43,107 bases of DNA, from NCBI GenBank assembly GCA_000442015.1, contig KE560502.1, positions 1-43,107 on the forward strand, read 5' to 3'. The number at the start of each line of letters is the position of its first letter. Positions within the stretch are counted from its first letter, which is position 1. The notes below the pieces were generated by a model, which made no database searches, was not told the DNA's origin, and was given only the letters and a program-made list of their open reading frames with translations. The position numbers and the translations under genes were made by a program. Source of the stretch: Rozella allomycis CSF55. Taxonomy: Eukaryota. Positions 35,411-43,107 of this stretch are shown here, piece by piece.

Positions 35411-36824
35411 ATGAGTTCCAACCACGAACTAAAAGAAGTATCTCAAACTCAAATGTCTCACACTACAGACATTAAAAAGGTAAATACTAAAAATCTTCCG
35501 CATGATAGTCTTCCATAGTGGATCCCGAAAGTTCACAACAGCCCACAGGTAGCTCTGGAATGTCTGCAACCATTTTCAATATTGTCAACTCTGCAGTTGG
35601 AGCTGGCACCGTTGCTATTCCTTTAAGGTATTACCATTTTTTCCAACTAAGCAAAGAATGAAACAGTGCGGTCTTGTATTGGGAACTTTGCTCACTATTT
35701 TTGCCGCTATATCAACTGGAGCCGCACTACATTTTCTTGGAAGAGTTGGAAGCATTTCTAAAGCGAAAAAATATTCGGACCTTGGTTTTTACACTTATGG
35801 CCGCAAAGGTGAAATGATTACTGTAGCTGCTTTTCTATTATTAATCATGGCCCCATTGATCGCTTACCATAAAATTGTCGGAAATTATCTAAACGCAGAT
35901 TTGTCAAACGTCGAGTCATTACCATCACTGTTGACCTCGAGTGAGTTTACTTCTCTTGTAATTGCGATGGGGGTAATCTTGCCATTATCACTTCTCAAAA
36001 ATATTGGTCATTTGGCCAAGGCTAGCTTAGTATGTTTAGTGTTTATATTGTATGCTGTGATACTAGTTGTGTATCAATGCGTTGCTAACATATCGAAGAT
36101 TGATTTCAGCAAACTTGTATTGTTCGATTTGAAATTAAGTATTTTGTCTGATTTATCTGTTATGGTCATGGCTTTCGTAAGTCACACCACAATTATTGAT
36201 ATTTTTAATGATATGAAAGTCCCTACTGTGAAGAACAAACTTTTTGCTGTGAGCATCTCTAATTTCATAGCTACAATATTATATTTAATTGTTGGTATAT
36301 TTGGATATCTATCAATGGACGTGTATCTAAAAGACAAGACTCCATTTGCCACTGCTGACAACGTTTTGACTTGGAACCCTGAAATAGCCTTTTTAGTTGG
36401 AAGAATCGCTTTTGCTTTTATGATAGCCATGACCTATCCCTTGTTTCTATTTCCAACAAGACAACTTGCTGATTGGATCATTAGGGAAACTTGCTCTTCA
36501 AATACGAAATTTATCAAATCTTACAATTCAAAGCCTGATTTAGTCAGGATAATAATGACTTTTGTATTTATCTTTTTCCCATATGCTATTTCATGTATCC
36601 CTGGCCTTTCTTTAGACTTCGTCTTTTCCATTTTTGGCTTTACTGCCGGATCATTGTTGGTGTATATTTTGCCTTCATTGTTTTTCATGAAGATAAAGCA
36701 ACAAATTAAGCCAACTTTTGGTGAGAAGATGCTTGCATACATGAATCTCGGAGTGGGATTTATTCTTCTTGTCGTTGGCACCACATATTATTTGATCAAT
36801 GCATTTAACTCTCCTCAAGTTTAA
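35411..36824 (+). CDS. Amino acid transporter, AAAP family (AVT/SLC38-like)
   Basis: IFNIVNSAVGAGTVAIP, ILPLSLLKNIGHL, MAFVSHTTI, YLIVGIFGYL, YPLFLFPTR, about 11 hydrophobic segments. Two 5' micro-introns. Confidence 0.9.
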
Positions 36825-37387
36825 TAAGTGCAACTGTATTGTCTAATAAATATATATGCAATCCATAAGATGTTTATTTTATTGAATTGGCTAGAGCCTA
36901 TTTAAAAAATCCGAGTATAAATGGTGCAGAAACCGAAGCCACATATTAATAGCTTGCTATTTTCCCTCCATCTTCATTTTTTGACTGGAATTCTGTTAAG
37001 TGGCCTTTTCGAAAAATATTCAAGTTTTCTGCCATCCAAAGTTGAAGTTTCTAAAAGCGGAGTTGCCATGGTTGTCAACAATAGAATTGATCGCCTTATA
37101 TGAAGCTGAGTCGTTCAATTTGTTATAGCGAGCGTATGAGTTGTCGTATGAGCCAAAACTACTCTATAAGCGTTTCGGATGTAGGTAAAATGGAATGTGC
37201 ATTGTGCAAATAAACAATATTCTCTTTGTTAGTCTCCCCTTTGCTTCAACGCAATAGTCTATAAAAAGCATTTTTTTCAATATGAATTACGAGTGAAGGG
37301 AGCACAAACCCTAATCATGGACAAAATGGTGGGAACCCGGGGCCGTATGTGCTAACTAGCGCGCGACCCGGATATATGTAACTCTAT

Positions 37388-37551
37388 TAATGTGAGCGAA
37401 GCGATGACAACCGCTAGAAACAAAATGCTTTTCATAAAGCCCAAATATGCAGTATCTGTGTAGATGCCCATCAAATTGCAAAATCATACGACGATTAGTG
37501 AAAAATAACGAACATATGAAATTTTGTAATGCGAGCGAAGCGAGTACAACC
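37388..37551 (+). repeat. Two copies of the dispersed GCGAGCGAAGCGAG motif (Helitron-terminus-like)
   Basis: 37388-37417 TAATGTGAGCGAAGCGATGACAACCGCTAG and 37527-37551 TAATGCGAGCGAAGCGAGTACAACC; third copy at 40599-40628. Confidence 0.65.
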
Positions 37552-37708
37552 AAAAAAGGGTTCAAATTCAGTTCAAATTTCTTCCTAATGCCGATTTTTC
37601 CGAAACAAAGTTTTAGGTAAGAATCGGTTTCAAAATTACCTAGAAAATTTACGAAAAACCGGATGAACTGCNATTTTTCAAATTGATATTACCACTCTAA
37701 GAGAATTC

Positions 37709-37721
37709 GTAGCATAGCAAC
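37709..37721 (+). promoter_or_regulatory. X-box (RFX) motif GTAGCATAGCAAC
   Basis: Fits GTNRC-N-RGYAAC; 7 bp upstream of the FAM161 ATG. Confidence 0.55.
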
Positions 37722-37728
37722 AGTCAGA

Positions 37729-39371
37729 ATGGAAACGCACTCAAAGTTTTATGACCCATTGAAATATACTACGCATTCCGAGCAAAGTGTAATAGAAATC
37801 GAAGAAGATCCACTATTTCAATACATTCAACAGTTGAAACTGTTAAACATGAAGAATATGGAGAAAAACCAGCGAAAATACTCAAAGTATATATATGGTC
37901 TTGCTAATTCCGATCAAGCCTCCCAGTCCCAGCAAACACAAGTGAAACGAGATAAGGATGTTGTCCAAGAAATTTATGATTTCAAGCCAAGAATTGAAAC
38001 TAAAAAGCCTCAAAAGCAAATAAATAGTGAACCTGATGATTTGAATATACATTCAAGAAAATCACTCTTGCATCGTGCCTTATTTCATCCTTTAACTGAA
38101 ATTCAAGAGAAAGTTACTAACGAGCCAAAGAAACCACGGGAATTCCGAGCGTATATACCTAAGAAGCCAGAAAAAGAATATATATCAGCTAAGAAATTTC
38201 AAATCTACATGTTAGAAGTTCAACAAAGAGAAGAATTAGAATTAAAACGAAAGTTTAAAGCCAATCCGATTCCTTCATCATCGATTACGCCAAAGTAAAT
38301 CACAAACATGGCTATTCTAGATTTTATAGAATGAAAACGAAGCAACAGGCGATGAGTGCCAAGTCAATGAAGGAACGGCAAGATAAACTTCTAGGAGACA
38401 TAAAACCCTTCAATTTATCCCAGTATAAACATAAAAAAAGTGTACATAACAACTTTATGAAGTTATATAGCACTTTAAAATCGAAAATAATTCCAACTGC
38501 CAAGAATTTAAGGCTAATCCAGTCCCAAAGTTTAGTATGGAAGATGAGCAGAAAGCGCTTGAAAAAAGAAAAGTAAACTTATTTAAAACTATTCATTTAG
38601 AAAAAAATTAAAGAAAGAGCTGTTAATTTATTGAAACAAAGTACCCTACCTCCACGAATGGCAATGGCAAAAACTTGCCAAGGTACCTAACATATTCTCA
38701 AAACAAAGATCAATCGAAAGAATCATTGACTCAATCATGTTATACTTTTAAACCTGAGATTAAAAAAATAGTACCACCATTCAAGAGATTGCAATCGTCG
38801 TTTGAAAGAAGGTTACACGAGAGGAGGGCGAAAAGAAGATTGAATAAGAAGTAAAAATGTTAATTAAAATATAAAATGCATCCAATTTAAACCTTTCAGA
38901 TTTCATAAATCCATCACAAAAGAGCAATCTTTGAAGAAAGTCCAAAAAGATATTGAATTAGATGAAAGGAAGATGCCAGAGTCTCGCTGGCCATTTTTGT
39001 CTTCAAGATGTAAGACGAAAAGTTTATCTTCGCCAAAATTTGATGAAAACCAGAGTGAAGTAAAAACCACAAATGCCTTTGACCTCTTTATCCAAAAGCA
39101 AATTCAAAAAGAGGAGAATAAACAACTAGAAAAAAGAAAAAAGGAAAAAGAACAGTTTTTATACACAAGAAAATTCCCTCAAGTCAAGATAGCTCTAAAA
39201 AAATTACTTGGACCGATACTCGAAAAAGAAAAAGTAGAAGAAAACAAGCGAAAGAAAGAATTGAAACTTAAAGACAAGGAGAACACTCTAAAATATACTC
39301 TAGATTTAAAGATTATAAATGAACGTCTAAACTCGAAACCTTTATTATTAGAGACATTTAGCTGGAAATAA
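37729..39371 (+). CDS. FAM161: FAM161 family (UPF0564) centriole/basal-body protein
   Basis: KFKANPIP, KPFNL, FKANPVPK, LPPRM, FKPEI..VPPFKRLQ, KPFRFH, DIELDERKMPESRWPFLSSR, KPLLLE. Five micro-introns. Confidence 0.85.
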
Positions 39372-39383
39372 ATCACATTTCTT

Positions 39384-40501
39384 TTAGGGCATTATAAATA
39401 TACCGACATAGAGCATGCAAATAATGCACCAACTCAAAATAAGATACCATCGTTTCTTTTTCCATGCTGATTCCACCATGACGCCGTCAAATCCCCCATG
39501 GCGATAAAATTTATTCATTTGCTTGTCTTTCTCTCTAAATCGTTCAAAGAGCCAATCTGAAAATTCACTTTTGTCAGAAGGTATATCGCTGGCTAGGTAG
39601 TACTTAATTTTAACATGTATCGCTAGAAAATCAGTTAATTCAGAATATTACCTTTTGGTGGCTTCCCTTCAAACAATAAAGATCTCAGTGCAAACTTTTT
39701 TGGATCCTCATACGCTTTAAGCCCCTCTATTATTAAACCGATAAACATATGATACCAACACCAATAGTTATATCTATAATTGCATCCCAGTGCGCCAAGG
39801 TCAGACAGTTGAATAACCCAGTCACTCGGGGAAGCAGAACGTGTTTGGTTAAAGGCAAATCGTGTTTCTTTGCGTAGGCATCAGAAGAAGCTTTGGTTTG
39901 ATCGGAATAAGTGGTTCCTTCAGGAAATATAAGAAAGGCGGCGTTGTTCCATTTATCGATTGATTTAAGCTTCTTTTCGATATTAGTAGAGTCATATCGC
40001 CATTCTCGCTTAACAAATACAAATTCAAACATATCCATTGCCTAATTAAATAATCAAAAAGGTTTATACCCATCCGATAACTGGTATTTTTCTAAGTGAA
40101 TCTTTTAGCATGATCACAATATCAGATCCATGAGAAACGCAATCAATGATCCACCAATAATATAGCCAATCAGCATAGAGTTGGTGATTCCCCATGAAAA
40201 TAACCTTATTTGACGGAACACTGCTCTTCATAGAGAATAACTTGGAACAATATGCTGCGGATAAGGAATCATTTTCATCGAACCAGATAATAAATTTTGT
40301 TGGAGCTAAAATATGAAATATGAAAAACATTGAATGTGACCACGCCTCTTTAACAAAGCTTCGGGCCTTGTCGCCTAAAGAGAATCCAGCTATTCGTAAT
40401 GGGTGTGAAAGAGCTAAAATAAGGAAAAGTGGAATTGTAGTAATTATTAGATACCAAGTGTAGATAACCGCTCTGATTACGTATAAAAGTTTGTAAATCA
40501 T
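39384..40501 (-). CDS. Lysophospholipid acyltransferase (LCLAT1/AGPAT5/CST26 family)
   Basis: NHQLYADW, LKDSLRKIPVIGW, FVFVKREW, LIFPEGT, HVLLPRVTG, FSDWLFERFREKD. Three micro-introns. Confidence 0.9.
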
Positions 40502-40598
40502 GTGTCTTTTGATTTGGAAATTTGGAAATACCCGATTTTCAAAAATCTGTTTGTCAATTAACAAGTATTAACTTTTAATGTTATCTACGTCCATTATT

Positions 40599-40628
40599 TA
40601 ATGCGAGCGAAGCGAGTACAACCGCTAG
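40599..40628 (+). repeat. Helitron 3'-terminus-like motif ending CTAG|T
   Basis: TAATGCGAGCGAAGCGAGTACAACCGCTAG followed by T; its first 25 nt are identical to 37527-37551. Confidence 0.6.
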
Positions 40629-41209
40629 TCATTAATTATGGTTGACTGTTGGAATAGGTTGCTATGAAAAAGGAGCTACACAGGATTCAAAATCCTGAAT
40701 CATGGACTTATCCAACTACTAGTAACAATCCCCTGTACGTAACCTCAAATTGTATATACGGACAACGCCCGAGTATGAATGAAATGCCGAAAAAATTTAA
40801 TGGAAGATCTCAAGCATATACCAAAGTAATGTCTTGATAATAGCATCTAGTGCGATGGGAAACTAACATCAATCAGAAATATTATCGCCATTGTCGGAGA
40901 ATCAGGTCATTGACTTGATCTGCTCATAATATCTAATTAATCAATAAAAAAGGTTGATATAAAAAAAGAAACAAGTTGATAAGACTCAAAACAAACCGTA
41001 TTTTATAATACTACATTCCATTATATAATGGCCAATGAAATTCAATGATCTTACGTGAATAATAATTAATAAATAACTTGGTGTTTAAATAATTAACTGT
41101 ATATACGATGTTATGATTAAGTTTTAGGAATCAGAGAGTGGATTTCTTGATAGACCCTAGTTTAACCCTTGTTGAATAATTTTTTCAATTTTGTAAATAT
41201 CAGAATTGG

Positions 41210-42835
41210 ATGTTTTCGACTGAAGTTCTTGAAAATATTCCCCAAACTGTTGTTGTAGGTGGAATAATTTTATTATTTGGTTACAGTTACTACTATTTTT
41301 TGTCTGGTGAAAAGAAAGCAACTGAGTCAGTTCCTGTTGACTTGCCCAAGGCCACCAAGAAGAAAAAGAAAAATTCCAAGAAATCTTGTGTAACTGGAAA
41401 GAGCGATACGGATACTGATGAGATTCATGGGGTGAAAATCAAGGAGCCCACTGAAAGTTCGGTGAAGAAGAGGAAAGAAAAATCCAGATCTCAATCTGTT
41501 TCAACTTTGTCAGCCCCATCCAGTGAAAACTTGGGACAACTTAGGAAAAGCGTTTCATTTAACTCTGAAATTATTCAAGTGAATTCTGCATTGACACCCG
41601 AGAAGAAACTTGTTGATGTTTTCGCATCTGATTTTGGGCTAGAAAAGCTTCCTGATGAAGTTTCACATAAATTGATGAGACAATTGAAAGAGATATTGAG
41701 CCAAGAACAAGAAGGAGAATGGATGTCAAAGACGAAGGGTGGCAATGTGTCAATCAAATCTCTCTTGGAGAAAAATGAATCTTTAAACAAAGAAATTTCT
41801 GCTTTGAACTCAACTTTGATGACTGAGAGAGCTGAAGTGAAGCTAATGACCAACAAGTTTGCCATTGAAGAAAAAAAGCATAAAGAAAATGCCACGTATT
41901 GGAAAAGTCTTTTTGAGCAGCTAAAGAATGAAAATAATTTATTAAAGAATAAATTGAGAGAGATGGATATGATTGTAAAGAATGCTCAAGAACAAGTTGG
42001 AAATGAAGAAGCATTGCATACCAAAATTTCGCAACTTGAAAATCATTGTGAGGAATTGAAAAGAAAAAATAGTATTTTGGATCATCAAAGTAAATCTCAT
42101 ACCGTGGCAATGTCTCAATTGAAAGCTGAAGTGGAATCCCTAAAGAGCAAAGAGAAAAGCATACTTGACAAAAGCAAACAGTTTGAAGATGCACATCAAG
42201 AACAATCATTGATCGTTGAAAAACTTCAAAAATCTTTTAATCTTCAAGAGAATGAAATAGAATCTCTTAAACGTTCGCTCACCGAGAAAGATGTTCTAGT
42301 CAATGATTTGAATGTTACCGTGGAAAATTTGAAAAGTGTTTTATTGCTAAAGGAAAAAGAAAATTCGTCATTGAGCTCTCAAATTGAAGAATTGAATTCC
42401 TTCACTGTAGAACACCAAGATGTTTTAACTCAACTTAAGCATGATAAGAGAGAATTAGAAGCTGAAAATGCTAAACTTGTAGAAGACTCAGCTAGTCTAA
42501 AGAATCACTTTGAGAGTGAAATTTCAAAGTTGCATGAAAATCAAAAGATTGAAAGGCAAAATGTTATTGATCTCACCAATAGGATTGAAGAACTACAATC
42601 TATCATTAAAGAAAAAGATGAAATTATCCAGAATAAGACAATGGAGAATGACACTGATGAATCAGCCGCGGCGGACATATCAACCACCGACAAATTAGAC
42701 TCTTTGAAACAATTAAACATGGACCTCATCCGTAAACTTTCAGAGAGTGAAAAGAAGCATAAGTCTTATGTTGCTGAGAGCATTGAAAAAATTAACAACA
42801 TGCAAAAGGAAATCGACTTATTGAAAGGGCAATAA
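41210..42835 (+). CDS. N-terminally membrane-anchored long coiled-coil protein (541 aa)
   Basis: TM VVVGGIILLFGYSYYYFL, Lys-rich KATKKKKKNSKK, then about 350 aa of heptad-rich sequence. Intronless. Confidence 0.75.
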   Translation: MFSTEVLENIPQTVVVGGIILLFGYSYYYFLSGEKKATESVPVDLPKATKKKKKNSKKSCVTGKSDTDTDEIHGVKIKEPTESSVKKRKEKSRSQSVSTLSAPSSENLGQLRKSVSFNSEIIQVNSALTPEKKLVDVFASDFGLEKLPDEVSHKLMRQLKEILSQEQEGEWMSKTKGGNVSIKSLLEKNESLNKEISALNSTLMTERAEVKLMTNKFAIEEKKHKENATYWKSLFEQLKNENNLLKNKLREMDMIVKNAQEQVGNEEALHTKISQLENHCEELKRKNSILDHQSKSHTVAMSQLKAEVESLKSKEKSILDKSKQFEDAHQEQSLIVEKLQKSFNLQENEIESLKRSLTEKDVLVNDLNVTVENLKSVLLLKEKENSSLSSQIEELNSFTVEHQDVLTQLKHDKRELEAENAKLVEDSASLKNHFESEISKLHENQKIERQNVIDLTNRIEELQSIIKEKDEIIQNKTMENDTDESAAADISTTDKLDSLKQLNMDLIRKLSESEKKHKSYVAESIEKINNMQKEIDLLKGQ

Positions 42836-43107
42836 ATCAATAAATATTTTCATTGTCGTTTAATAATAGTAGTGTTTTCATTTTATAGAATTATGGAAAA
42901 TTTCATCAGCAAAAGAAATTGAGATCTGTGTTTAATATGCGTTATCTTAGATAGTCGACTGTCTTATTTTGATACCAATCGTAAATTACTAATTATATAT
43001 ATCGCGAAATTCAAAGTCAATTTATTTTTTTAATAAGTTAAAGAAATTATTTAATGATTAAATTATCTATTAAAAAATGCAAAGTGTCTAAAAGTCAAAA
43101 GTTGGAG

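Noticed and set aside
36921-37565. Short ORFs 36921-37103 and 37356-37565 as genes
   Set aside because: No recognisable motifs; one overlaps dispersed repeat copies.
40662-40705. SECIS element (ATGA...GA)
   Set aside because: Helix II does not pair next to the core, and there is no upstream gene on that strand with an in-frame TGA.

Overview
Gene-dense, AT-rich eukaryotic DNA. About 80 introns were traced by eye, almost all 25-33 nt, and there are fungal/opisthokont-type genes plus flagellar genes. This fits a zoosporic early-diverging fungal relative such as Rozella (inferred, not proven). Genes in order: SmB, CHCHD2/Mix17, intron-containing tRNA-Tyr, arginase, CHL1/DDX11, an orphan secreted protein, UTP20, GCV1/AMT, a SOUL haem-binding protein, a PH-RhoGAP, FPGS, RBBP4/MSI1, HINT3, a DIP2-like gene, an RGS-domain protein, ARMC3, DNAAF5, an AVT/SLC38 transporter, FAM161, an LCLAT1-like acyltransferase and a membrane-anchored coiled-coil protein. 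Main observations: (1) several reading frames are best restored by non-canonical GT-TG micro-introns of modal length (27-28 nt), and proximal AGs are repeatedly skipped, suggesting 3' splice-site choice by distance; (2) a 602-bp hAT-type element with an 8-bp TSD sits in a DIP2 exon; (3) G/C skew inverts inside UTP20 within an AT-rich trough (candidate origin or centromere); (4) X-box-like motifs lie just upstream of ciliary genes; (5) Helitron-end-like repeats and an identical 15-bp motif upstream of two unrelated genes. All family assignments come from motif recognition, not database searches.
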